From: a virus
Taxonomy: Duplodnaviria > Caudoviricetes
Length of the DNA stretch: 64,000 bases
Virus record (IMG/VR): IMGVR_UViG_3300031994_000032
Span: 67,748 to 131,747 of that record
Reading direction: 5' to 3' (one strand)
Shown one piece after another: positions 1 to 9,544 of the stretch; the stretch's first letter is position 1; the number at the start of each line of letters is the position of its first letter. The position numbers were made by a program, and so were the translations under genes. A model generated the notes under the pieces. It was not told the DNA's origin. It saw only the letters and a list, made by a program, of their open reading frames with translations, and did not search any database.

Positions 1-24
1 AAGTGTCATCCTAAAATAAATTTA

Positions 25-1035
25 TTATAATAAACAACGTCCTGACAATGTTTTATACTGCTTATATATAATATCTTGGTATTGTTTTGTTTTTAGAGAT
101 TGTAAATGATTAAGCTTTGAAACTAAATCTTCAGGACCTGTAACTAAATGATTATCATTATTGAATATTTCATTTAAGTATGAAAGTTTTTCAGTATAAA
201 AAACATAACAAAATTGTGAAGCAGCTTCATATAGTTTTGTAGGTATTTCTTTAAGCTGTATGTTTACTTCATTGTCAAATATAATTGTCGCAAAACTTAC
301 ACTTAGTCTTTCTAAATACCTTTGCATGTTTTCTGTTGGTTCCTGTTTTATCTTTGTATATGTGTATATATACTTATTTACAGTATTTCTTGTAACGACA
401 AGATTATTATTGCTAAAATCCAAATATCCTCTTACGGATTTTAAATCTTCTTCATTAAAATTACTGTCATAAAATAAATCATACTTACACGAAGTGAATG
501 ATAAATCAAGTCTTCTGTTCCTATATAATATTGCTGATTCAGCTAAATTTATTTTATGGTATTCATCCATTCCTAATTGCTGTTTTATATAATCTGACAA
601 CTCGAATGGAGTTATAAGCGTATACTTGGTTGAATCTGACGGTTTGATTTCATTAAAATCAAATTCTTCAGTTATATATTCTTTTAGGCTTTTGATATTG
701 TCAAACCAATTCTTTGGAAGATACAAATTATTTAATGACAGAAAAATAACATTCTTTGCTTTTGTCCAAAATTTCCTTGCATCAAATCTCGTCTTACCAA
801 TTTCATTATTGTAGTAAATATCATTACTGCCATAGACATAAACTTTATCATAATCATTTACATCTACTTCGTTATACGATTTATAACTATCAATATCATT
901 AAACCCTCTTTTAGGTCCTACAATATCATCAATCTTAAGTTGTTCTCTAAGTACTATTGGTTCAGTCCCAACTCTACCAAAATTCTCATAATAACCTTGG
1001 TAATCACATAACTCATTAACAATACAAGTTCTCAT
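25..1035 (-). CDS. GT-B glycosyltransferase-like protein (T4 beta-glucosyltransferase-like C-terminus)
   Basis: C-terminal 'TKLYEAASQFCYVF...VTGPEDLVSKLNHLQ...IIYKQ' parallels the T4 BGT C-terminus (R-x-x-E motif and following helices); 336 aa, similar in size. Confidence 0.5.
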   Translation of the reverse strand: MRTCIVNELCDYQGYYENFGRVGTEPIVLREQLKIDDIVGPKRGFNDIDSYKSYNEVDVNDYDKVYVYGSNDIYYNNEIGKTRFDARKFWTKAKNVIFLSLNNLYLPKNWFDNIKSLKEYITEEFDFNEIKPSDSTKYTLITPFELSDYIKQQLGMDEYHKINLAESAILYRNRRLDLSFTSCKYDLFYDSNFNEEDLKSVRGYLDFSNNNLVVTRNTVNKYIYTYTKIKQEPTENMQRYLERLSVSFATIIFDNEVNIQLKEIPTKLYEAASQFCYVFYTEKLSYLNEIFNNDNHLVTGPEDLVSKLNHLQSLKTKQYQDIIYKQYKTLSGRCLL

Positions 1036-1469
1036 AAACCGGCTTTATACTTTAAGGCTTCGTATCTATTTTTTATAACATATGCAAAATTATCAAGCGT
1101 CTTTACACTTTCTTGTAAGAACATCAAGTAATTTTCATAATATGAAACTCTTTCATTTTCTTCTTTGATAAGATTATTTAACTGGAGATTTTTTTCTTGT
1201 GAAGACAATCTTACATCAGAAGAAAGCATAAGTTTTTTGTTTTGCTTCTCCTGTTGTAAGTCTCTGTTTACTTTAAGTTTAAAAACAGCATTTCTGATAT
1301 TGAATGTTTCAGTGATTATCTGTTCACGGTATGAAAGATAATAAACTTCGGCATTATTCAGTACAGACAAATCTTCAGACTTAAGCTTATCGATAACGTT
1401 ATCTTTAATCTTCTTAGTCCAATTATCTATGCTGTCCTTAAACTTTTGACTTAATTCTTCGTTTGTCAT
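1032..1469 (-). CDS. uvsY: UvsY-like recombination mediator
   Basis: 145-aa helical protein directly downstream of uvsX; C-terminal 'FLQESVKTLDNFAYVIKN..E..KYKAG' resembles UvsY. Confidence 0.55.
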   Translation of the reverse strand: MTNEELSQKFKDSIDNWTKKIKDNVIDKLKSEDLSVLNNAEVYYLSYREQIITETFNIRNAVFKLKVNRDLQQEKQNKKLMLSSDVRLSSQEKNLQLNNLIKEENERVSYYENYLMFLQESVKTLDNFAYVIKNRYEALKYKAGL

Positions 1470-1477
1470 AATTTATA

Positions 1478-2695
1478 TTAATATTCAAGTTCTTCATCAA
1501 CCTCGGCAACATCATCAACATCACCAACAAAATCATCTAAATCAGAATCAGAATTTTTATTATACGATAATGCTTTTACAATAACTTCATCAATTCTTTT
1601 CAAACGATCTTCTGTAAATACTTTTGCTGACCATAATTCCTTGACAGGATATGATTCACCTGAATCAGTACAAATATTTCTTGCAGTATCGCTTTGTATA
1701 AAGTATTTTTCAGTTCCTTCACTGTCAATGACTTTATATTTAGCATACTTCTCTTTATCTTTTTCAGGTAATTTATCAAACTCTTTTGGAGTTATAAATT
1801 TACCTCTTTCAATACCACAATTTTCCCAAGATACATAATTTTCCAAACCAATATAAGGATTCATACCTCGTACAAATGATATATTGAACTCAATTTTTGT
1901 AGGTACGCAAAATCTGTTCTTTTGTGGTTCTGCATAAACTCTTACACCTGTTTGATTATTTCCTTCTTCTTTCAATTTGCCTTTATTCATATTAAGAATA
2001 AGACTTGCTCCGTAAACAATACCTTTACCACCTGATTGAATAGTTGTTGGAAACATCGACATACCTTCATAGATATGGTTTGTAAATACAAATGTAGAAT
2101 TTAAGATACCGAGCTTTGTCAATGCTATTCTGAATACTGACCTCATAATTTTTGCTTTGGAAAAGTCAGCTTTTTCAGATCCTGTTTTAGCATCTTCAAT
2201 CTCTTTCTGTGTTGCCAAGTTACCGGCACTATCAAGAATAATAAGTAATTTAGGAACATCAGACCCTTTATCTTTTTCTTCTATAAGATAATCAAGTGTT
2301 GAAGTAAGGTTTGAACGAAATTCTTGAATTGATTGAACAGGTTCATATCTTACCTTACGTATATCAACACCAAAATTTTCAAACTGTTCCTTGTCTACGG
2401 CATTTTCAGAATCATAATAAATTATAAAATATCCTTTCTTTTGTGCCTCACGACAAATATTTAATGCAAGATATGTTTTACCAACACCAGACACACCACT
2501 GAGGCATGTACTTCTATTATTAGGAATTCCCTTAAAAATAGAACCTGTCAAGCAGGCATTTAACATATAATTACCCGTTGAAATATAATCAGTTATCTCT
2601 GATACTGCTCCTTCACTGACAAGTCCTCCATATTTAGAAGACTTATTCATAAATTTGTTTAGATCATCTAAACTAACCATCTTTTTTTCTGCCAT
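1478..2695 (-). CDS. uvsX: RecA/UvsX recombinase
   Basis: ISTGNYMLN, Walker A GVSGVGKT, YYDSENA, IILDSAGNL, SGGKG. Confidence 0.93.
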   Translation of the reverse strand: MAEKKMVSLDDLNKFMNKSSKYGGLVSEGAVSEITDYISTGNYMLNACLTGSIFKGIPNNRSTCLSGVSGVGKTYLALNICREAQKKGYFIIYYDSENAVDKEQFENFGVDIRKVRYEPVQSIQEFRSNLTSTLDYLIEEKDKGSDVPKLLIILDSAGNLATQKEIEDAKTGSEKADFSKAKIMRSVFRIALTKLGILNSTFVFTNHIYEGMSMFPTTIQSGGKGIVYGASLILNMNKGKLKEEGNNQTGVRVYAEPQKNRFCVPTKIEFNISFVRGMNPYIGLENYVSWENCGIERGKFITPKEFDKLPEKDKEKYAKYKVIDSEGTEKYFIQSDTARNICTDSGESYPVKELWSAKVFTEDRLKRIDEVIVKALSYNKNSDSDLDDFVGDVDDVAEVDEELEY

Positions 2696-2732
2696 TATTC
2701 TTAAATTTTTAATTTTAATTAAAAAACAACAT

Positions 2733-2960
2733 TTACCAAATATATAGAGGGCAAGACTCTGATTTAAATCTTGTTTTTAATTTAATAAAACAAGAACATA
2801 CAGAACATCTCTTAAACAAGCCTCTTTCCATATACTTGCATTCCATACAATGTCCTAACCTATGTTTGTACTCAATAGATTTAGTACTGTGCGTCCGAAA
2901 TTTGATTTCATTTTTTAATGCTTTTAAAAAATGACAAATCCTTGTAATATATTTTATCAT
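2733..2960 (-). CDS. small Cys-rich putative metal-binding protein
   Basis: CxxC...CxxCxC...K...CP..W pattern in 75 aa. Confidence 0.6.
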   Translation of the reverse strand: MIKYITRICHFLKALKNEIKFRTHSTKSIEYKHRLGHCMECKYMERGLFKRCSVCSCFIKLKTRFKSESCPLYIW

Positions 2961-4666
2961 GACGTTGAAAACTTCTTGAAATCCTGAATTTCTTCTATTG
3001 TGGCATTCAGCATTGGGAATTGATCATCTTTACCAGTTCCTGAAATACCCCTGCCTTGTTTAGTTTCAATAGGTACATAAATTCTACCATGTCCAGCATT
3101 GAACATAGATTGCACTGAAGCAATATCTCTTGGTAAACCATGTTGAAGTGTTACAACAAATGTTAGTTCAGTCGGAAAGTCATCACGGCCTAAAACATCA
3201 TTAAATGACATTTCAATATCTGAAACACATAAATTACCAATAACAGCTATTGGATTCAATGGATTTCCAATAACAAGATGCCATAATCCAACAGGATCTG
3301 ACTTTAATAAAGCTTTTGGTACTTGTGCATTTGCTGTATTTTGTCCTTCGCCTAATATATTAGCAAGTAATGCTTCAGCTGAACCCTTTATAAATTCAGT
3401 TGCTAGTTCCATAAAACTCTTTTTTCCAGCTCCACCTCCATTTTTCCTATTTAAAGAAGCAGATATATCGTCAAATACACTATGGACATATTCTCCATAT
3501 TTTCCTTGTACTAAAAGCTCGGGATCACCAAATGTCGGAGCTGCAGGACTTCCTGTCCAATGAATAGAACCTCCCCAGAAAGTACCATAGTTACCAGTTA
3601 AAAGCATAAAATTAGACATTAAGTCAAGAAATGCAATTTTAGGATTTACATACTGTAAACTTTTAAGACTGTATCTAAACGTAAGCTTTATTTCATGACT
3701 GAATTTAAGTCCAGGTTTTCTTCGCATTACAGATTCAATACGATTGACGCCATTATAAAGACCGTCTGGATAATTTTGATAAAAGGCGTCTTTAAGTTTA
3801 TTCTTTGCATTAAATGTAAGTTCTGATGCAGAAATTCCTGTTGCTGTCGATGTTAAACCTTTCGCAATAACATCGGCTGTAGAATCACTCATACTTTTAC
3901 CAATAGCAGGAATCTTCTTTATCCATTTATCAAATGTATCAACCATTGAACCTCTTGGATCTTGAAGGGTTTGAACTTCTGAATGAACAGGCTCCCATTC
4001 TTGTCCAAATGTCATTTTCAAAAGTTCTGATATTTTATTATCATCATTTATATATGTACAAGCTGTGGATAACGCACTATGGTTTTTAGCAAACCTGTTC
4101 ATCAGATTCATATCAGTTGGAGACATATCAAAACCAAACATTGTATCAAATGTCGGCATAGTATAACGGCGTAATGTTATAAGCCTGTTATTAGGTATTA
4201 CTCCATAATCTTTACAAAATATAAAATCCTGTAATCTGTATCTGCATAATCCATGAGCGTTCAAAGCATTGGTACTGCCATTATAGTACTTCATAATATT
4301 TTCAACAGTCGGATTATCTCTATCTTTAAGAAATGCTTGAACTTCAGCATCATCTTTCATACAGGTTTTATAATCAGAATATTCTGTAAAACTATATTCA
4401 TTGTCTCTTTCATCTTTCAAATCAGCATAAGTAGATTTTAAAGTCCTATAATTTACAGTTATAGTATCCTTAAAAATACTTTTAGGAAGAGGAACTTTTT
4501 TATCTTTAAATTCAACTTCAGATAGTTGTAATTTATTTTTCTCGTCAGTACTGATTCTGTTTATTGTTACTGCTGGTCCCTTCGTTGAATTTATCGCATT
4601 ACTAAGTGACTTAGGCGATGCATTCATTGGAGAAACGTTCAAACTGTCTTCGTAAAAACTTGGCAT
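2957..4666 (-). CDS. hypothetical, probable virion/baseplate protein
   Basis: 569-aa ORF preceded by a CATAAATA late-promoter-like box; beta-rich C-terminus (WHLVIGNP..P..VIGNLCV). Confidence 0.45.
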   Translation of the reverse strand: MPSFYEDSLNVSPMNASPKSLSNAINSTKGPAVTINRISTDEKNKLQLSEVEFKDKKVPLPKSIFKDTITVNYRTLKSTYADLKDERDNEYSFTEYSDYKTCMKDDAEVQAFLKDRDNPTVENIMKYYNGSTNALNAHGLCRYRLQDFIFCKDYGVIPNNRLITLRRYTMPTFDTMFGFDMSPTDMNLMNRFAKNHSALSTACTYINDDNKISELLKMTFGQEWEPVHSEVQTLQDPRGSMVDTFDKWIKKIPAIGKSMSDSTADVIAKGLTSTATGISASELTFNAKNKLKDAFYQNYPDGLYNGVNRIESVMRRKPGLKFSHEIKLTFRYSLKSLQYVNPKIAFLDLMSNFMLLTGNYGTFWGGSIHWTGSPAAPTFGDPELLVQGKYGEYVHSVFDDISASLNRKNGGGAGKKSFMELATEFIKGSAEALLANILGEGQNTANAQVPKALLKSDPVGLWHLVIGNPLNPIAVIGNLCVSDIEMSFNDVLGRDDFPTELTFVVTLQHGLPRDIASVQSMFNAGHGRIYVPIETKQGRGISGTGKDDQFPMLNATIEEIQDFKKFSTS

Positions 4667-4725
4667 ACCATTAATTTTTATAATATATTTATGAAAATTG
4701 CTTTCTACTAAAATAACTGACTAAA

Positions 4726-4733
4726 TATAAATA
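4726..4733 (+). promoter_or_regulatory. T4-type late promoter TATAAATA (divergent partner CATAAATA at 4686-4693 on minus)
   Basis: Exact TATAAATA about 20 nt upstream of ORF 4754. Confidence 0.55.
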
Positions 4734-4753
4734 ATTTAGATTAAATATATTTA

Positions 4754-7075
4754 GTGATGAAACTATTTTTTGTATCATGTCTTGATTCTTCAAAAGACGT
4801 TGTTAAACAATTTAAAAAATTCTGTGAAGACTTTGATATTGATTTTATAAAAGTTAACCTTGTTGAAGATAAAATTGATATTAAAGATAAATCAATCACT
4901 GTCAATAACGAAGAATATACTTCTGAAGATTCTGTAATACTTGTTAGAAAATGGGTATTAAACAGTAACTGTACTCAAGAAATAAGAAAACAATATGTAA
5001 AACTGCAGAATTTTGCAAAGACTAACAATATTCCTATTTTTAATAAAATGACTTCATCAAATATCTGCAGATCAAAATGGGATACTTATGAAAAATTATG
5101 TGAATATGGAGTAAGCACAATAGATACTAAAAAACTGACTATTGACAATTATATAAAGCTGCTACATAACAGAACATATCCTGTTGTAATAAAACCTGAC
5201 AAATGTTCGAAAGGTCACGATGTATGTTGTTTCTACAATGAAATAGATGCTTTAAAATTCACACAAAATAAATTATCTGAATATGATTTTTTGTTGTTGC
5301 AGGATAAAATAGACATTTCATATGACCTCAGAATGCACGTTGTCTGTACGTCAAAAGAATTATCAAATAATACTGATGACTACAGTGTTATAGCTTGTAT
5401 GAAAAGAACTGCAGCTAAAGATGATTTCAGAACAAACTATTCTGTCGGAGGTTCTATAAGTCTATATACTCCAAATGAATCTGAAAAACTTGTTGCTATA
5501 AAAGCTGCAATTGCAACAGGCTGTCGTTGGTGCGGTGTCGATGTCTTACACGATGCTAAAACTGATATTGACAGAGTTATTGAAGTTAATTCTTCACCGG
5601 GTCTTGAAGGAATCAATTCCCTATATTCTCCAAGTGAGCATAATGTCATATACCGTATCGTAAAAATTATAAGCAAGTATTTTAATCCTGTAAAATATAC
5701 GTTTAAGGAATCAAAAATAGTTTCATTCAATGAACATGTAAAACTTGACAATGTTAAAATGATAGGTTGTTTTGATACAGGTAAAGAAGGAAATACTTGT
5801 TCAATCTGTGTTGACAATCTTGAAATTTCTGACGGATATGCATCATTTGACTTACTTGACAACCACTTCAAAAAGAAAATTGAAGGCTATGTCGTAATAA
5901 AGTTGAGACCAGACGAAAAGAATAAACGTCCTATAGTAAAATTTGATTTGACTGTCGGAAGTAAAACACTAAAAGATATTGATGTCACAATAAGAAATAT
6001 TGATAAATCTGAAAAAAATGATGACCGTGAGAAAATCCTTATAGGCACCGACGTGATTCATAAATTAGATTTTCTAGTTTCACCAGACAGAGAAAAATTA
6101 TTCCGTCTAAATGAAAATAATGAAGATTGGAAAAAGAAAATATGTTTTTTAAGACTTGACTGGCCGAAGGGACATCGAGACATTAAATTACGTAATACCT
6201 TAACAGACTTATATGAATTTCCTAATATCCGTGCAAAGTCTGACGAGAAAGACCTTAATGATATGATTGCTTTGAATTACATCAATACTGATAATTCAGA
6301 AATTGAATTTTTCAAAAACAAATATCAATCATTAAAAAATCTTAAAAATAATTTTGATGTCTTAAAGGTCTGCAGTGACAAATCAAAGTTCTATGATACA
6401 TTCAAAGATTGTGATTTTATCTGTAAAAACCTTTCTAAAGAAGATATTGAAAATACAGATTCAGATATAATCTGCAAGCCTATAAGAGGTACTCATTCTT
6501 CACAAGGTATTTTTATTGATAAAAATAAAAACATTCTGAAAGACTATCAACCGGATAATTATATCTATCAAAAACTGATTGATATTGTTGAAGAATACAG
6601 AATACTTGTTTTCAATAAACAAATTATCTCTTGTTATAGACGTCATCCAATAAATTCTATTCGTACAAAAGGAAAAGATGACAGACTGAATTTCTTATAT
6701 GAACTAGTTCAGCTTGATTCAGATATGCTTGAAAAAATTCAAGATATAGCTAATACTATTTTTGACAAAACAAATGCGAACGGACTTATTGGAATAGATT
6801 TGGCTGTAACGTCAGATAATAAAATTTATTGTATAGAAATAAATTCAAGAAGCGGTTTATCAATGCTTGACCTTGTAATTGTTTACTTGTATCTTCTTAA
6901 AACTCAATTAGGATATGAACTGAATGATGACATACTTGATTATTGTTTCAATACATATGTAAAACCTAATGAGGTAAGCAACCGTTCAAGATTAGATACG
7001 CATGGATTTAATTCTATAAATAATATAAATCTTGCTGATTACGAAGAATTCAAAAAATTTTGTTCAAAACTATGA
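4754..7075 (+). CDS. RimK-like ATP-grasp ligase + RimK-associated aspartic-protease-like domain + second ATP-grasp domain
   Basis: PVVIKP..SKG, DFRTNYSVGG, GVDVL, IEVNSSPG; then FDTG...RPIV...ILIG; then ICKPIRG, YQKLI, EYRILV, GIDLAV, IEINSRSG. Confidence 0.85.
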   Translation: MMKLFFVSCLDSSKDVVKQFKKFCEDFDIDFIKVNLVEDKIDIKDKSITVNNEEYTSEDSVILVRKWVLNSNCTQEIRKQYVKLQNFAKTNNIPIFNKMTSSNICRSKWDTYEKLCEYGVSTIDTKKLTIDNYIKLLHNRTYPVVIKPDKCSKGHDVCCFYNEIDALKFTQNKLSEYDFLLLQDKIDISYDLRMHVVCTSKELSNNTDDYSVIACMKRTAAKDDFRTNYSVGGSISLYTPNESEKLVAIKAAIATGCRWCGVDVLHDAKTDIDRVIEVNSSPGLEGINSLYSPSEHNVIYRIVKIISKYFNPVKYTFKESKIVSFNEHVKLDNVKMIGCFDTGKEGNTCSICVDNLEISDGYASFDLLDNHFKKKIEGYVVIKLRPDEKNKRPIVKFDLTVGSKTLKDIDVTIRNIDKSEKNDDREKILIGTDVIHKLDFLVSPDREKLFRLNENNEDWKKKICFLRLDWPKGHRDIKLRNTLTDLYEFPNIRAKSDEKDLNDMIALNYINTDNSEIEFFKNKYQSLKNLKNNFDVLKVCSDKSKFYDTFKDCDFICKNLSKEDIENTDSDIICKPIRGTHSSQGIFIDKNKNILKDYQPDNYIYQKLIDIVEEYRILVFNKQIISCYRRHPINSIRTKGKDDRLNFLYELVQLDSDMLEKIQDIANTIFDKTNANGLIGIDLAVTSDNKIYCIEINSRSGLSMLDLVIVYLYLLKTQLGYELNDDILDYCFNTYVKPNEVSNRSRLDTHGFNSINNINLADYEEFKKFCSKL

Positions 7076-8139
7076 CGATTAAAGATTTAATAAAAAAGTA
7101 CACTAAGCAGAAATTTGATGAAATTATAAAATCATCAAGAGTAATTCTTAGACAGAATTATACTGAACCTGTTTTACAACTTTCAAAAACTAAAGACACT
7201 ATTAGATTTTATTCAGGATCTTCAATAGAAAATCCTGTTGAATTGACATATATTGAACAAACAACATCTTCTATTTTTAAGAACCAAATAGAATATCTTA
7301 CAGGATTTTATTCAAATGAAGATGTTCCTGATTACTGGAGATTTATATTCATTTGTTCAGATAAATTCCAAAACGGTTTGTCATTAAAGCAAATAATTCT
7401 TGATAAAGAAATTATGCAAGACGAGGAAAGTCTTGTGTTCTGGTCAAAAATATTTAATACTGACCACTGTAAAAATTTATTTGATTCAAATCTGCTGTCA
7501 CCTGAACAGTCTGAAAGGCTTACAGAAGTTTTATATGATTCTGAGATAGTTGACAAAAGATATGCTGTTACTGATATTCTTAAAGTTGATTTTAATGAAA
7601 ATCTTACATACAAACTTATTATAAAATCATCTGAAGACATTGTTATAAATCTTATAAAAGAATCAGTTGATATAACAAAAAAAGATTTTACTGCTAATAC
7701 GACAATAATCAGATTAGTATTCAGAGATTTCATTTCTTTCTGTAAAAAACAAAATATAGAAGAAATATGTAAATCTGTAAAATCAATAAACACACCTAAT
7801 GAAATGAAGATAGGCTTAATATGTACATTATTCAATATATTCTATAAGCAAAATAATAATACTAAGTCTATCGTCATGGAAAAACTTGATTTTTCTGAAT
7901 ATGATATAGATATTGATAAAATTTACAATAAAGAAACTATCGATATTCTAAAATCACATGATGACATAAGACAAATACTTAAATTTATTATCAAAAACTT
8001 GTGCATGAACTATTATAAGCTAAAACCTGATGATATTTTAGATAATCAGTTTATGGCGTCTTATATCGAGTTTAAAGATAGATTTGAGAGATGTATTGAA
8101 GATGAATTTACAAAACGTAAATCTATAAACATCGCATAA
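7060..8139 (+). CDS. hypothetical protein
   Basis: 359-aa ORF coupled to the upstream gene. Confidence 0.7.
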   Translation: MFKTMTIKDLIKKYTKQKFDEIIKSSRVILRQNYTEPVLQLSKTKDTIRFYSGSSIENPVELTYIEQTTSSIFKNQIEYLTGFYSNEDVPDYWRFIFICSDKFQNGLSLKQIILDKEIMQDEESLVFWSKIFNTDHCKNLFDSNLLSPEQSERLTEVLYDSEIVDKRYAVTDILKVDFNENLTYKLIIKSSEDIVINLIKESVDITKKDFTANTTIIRLVFRDFISFCKKQNIEEICKSVKSINTPNEMKIGLICTLFNIFYKQNNNTKSIVMEKLDFSEYDIDIDKIYNKETIDILKSHDDIRQILKFIIKNLCMNYYKLKPDDILDNQFMASYIEFKDRFERCIEDEFTKRKSINIA

Positions 8140-8140
8140 C

Positions 8141-8839
8141 ATGATAACGATTGCAAATAAACCGTCAAATCCTGATTTACATAATGGAGATTCTTATTCA
8201 ATCAAACTATCAATGTTTGATCAATATAAATTTTTTACACTTCATAGTTCAGATAAAAAGCTATTGAATGTATCAAATGTCGGTACATTATTCTTACACT
8301 TTATTGACGAAACTTCTGATATAGCGATACCTGAATGTACTGAAGTCTCTAATTATGATAAATCAAATGGCGAGGTTGTATTCTTTATTAGTTCAGAAAA
8401 TGCAAAGAAAATTCTGAAAATGAATACTGAATCATATCATATTACTTGCAGATATGTAGATAATACAACCTCTGCTGTAGAAACAGAATTATTTTCAGGT
8501 AAATTTAAGTCAGTTGATAGTCCTTCACAAGACTTAATAGAATATATAAATGATTTAAGAGCTAGAAATGAAGAACTTACAAAAGCTAATTCAGACTACC
8601 TGACTACAATCAATGAACAACAAGTCTCAATTGACACATTAAATGCTGAGATTGAATCATTAAAAGCAAGTTTGTCACAAATGTCTCTTGAATTAGCCAA
8701 ATATGGTGATAATACTATTGAAGCCTCATTTGACTTAAAAGACTATATATCAGTCCTTGCTAAGAAAGGTAAGAATTCAAAACTGACAGAATCTATGATG
8801 TCTGATATTGCAAATCAAATGATTTCAAAAAACATTTAA
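8141..8839 (+). CDS. hypothetical protein with C-terminal coiled coil
   Basis: 232 aa; heptad-like 'INDLRARNEEL...LNAEIESLKASL'. Confidence 0.7.
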   Translation: MITIANKPSNPDLHNGDSYSIKLSMFDQYKFFTLHSSDKKLLNVSNVGTLFLHFIDETSDIAIPECTEVSNYDKSNGEVVFFISSENAKKILKMNTESYHITCRYVDNTTSAVETELFSGKFKSVDSPSQDLIEYINDLRARNEELTKANSDYLTTINEQQVSIDTLNAEIESLKASLSQMSLELAKYGDNTIEASFDLKDYISVLAKKGKNSKLTESMMSDIANQMISKNI

Positions 8840-9388
8840 TACTTCAACACTGCTTCTATTAAATGTATCAACTTTATTATTCTTGTATATTCTGTCTTTT
8901 ATATATTTTGCAAAATCAGATAGCTCACAATTTTTAATAAGGTAATTAAGATCTTTACAAAAGTTTTCTGTACTTGCATTTATTTCACTTGATTTAGCGT
9001 CATAAATCCAATTTTCAATAGCTTCATCAATATTAGAAATAAACATAGACGTCGCAAAACAATTTTGGATATTATTGTTTTTACAAAAGTCTAAGGCATA
9101 GCACCACATACAAATTACTCTTCTTGCCTTAATAAGTCCAACATTATTTTCATGTAAAATATATTCATTTTTATAGAAATCCGGAAATAGTAAACCATTT
9201 GTGGTACCATGTCCACAAAATATGATAGTATCTTGTTCAGATTGTATAGCATTATCAACTGTATCTTCATAATCTTTTGAAAATTCAGTAATCTCGATAA
9301 GCTTGACATCTTTAATATCTTTCCAGATAAGCTTTAATAACAAAGTATCTACATCTCCTGCATTTGAATATATTACTGTTGTACTCAT
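8825..9388 (-). CDS. putative caspase/gingipain-fold cysteine peptidase
   Basis: IIFCGHG and VICMWCYA, matching a His-Cys dyad after hydrophobic strands. Confidence 0.5.
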   Translation of the reverse strand: MSTTVIYSNAGDVDTLLLKLIWKDIKDVKLIEITEFSKDYEDTVDNAIQSEQDTIIFCGHGTTNGLLFPDFYKNEYILHENNVGLIKARRVICMWCYALDFCKNNNIQNCFATSMFISNIDEAIENWIYDAKSSEINASTENFCKDLNYLIKNCELSDFAKYIKDRIYKNNKVDTFNRSSVEVLNVF

Positions 9389-9425
9389 AATACCTCTTAA
9401 TTTTAATAGTTAACCTTAATTTGAT

Positions 9426-9483
9426 GAGGTAAATATAATACAGCTTTTTGAAAGTTGGATCAAAAATTTGAAAAATTTTATAA
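9426..9483 (-). promoter_or_regulatory. putative early (host sigma, Bacteroidota-type) promoter, repeated at 63751-63809
   Basis: Minus strand TTTTG...TATATTTACC; near-identical block at the window end. Confidence 0.6.
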
Positions 9484-9487
9484 AAAA

Positions 9488-9523
9488 GAAAGTCCTGAAT
9501 AGACTTATCTACTCAGGACTTTC
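9488..9523 (-). terminator. intrinsic terminator after the major capsid gene
   Basis: GAAAGTCCTGAGTAG/CTATTCAGGACTTTC stem followed by T6 on minus. Confidence 0.85.
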
Positions 9524-9544
9524 GGTATTCTCAAATCAAATTGA

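Noticed and set aside
7060-8139. Possible degenerate nucleic-acid-ligase-like protein
   Set aside because: No KxDG motif; only a vague impression, left as hypothetical
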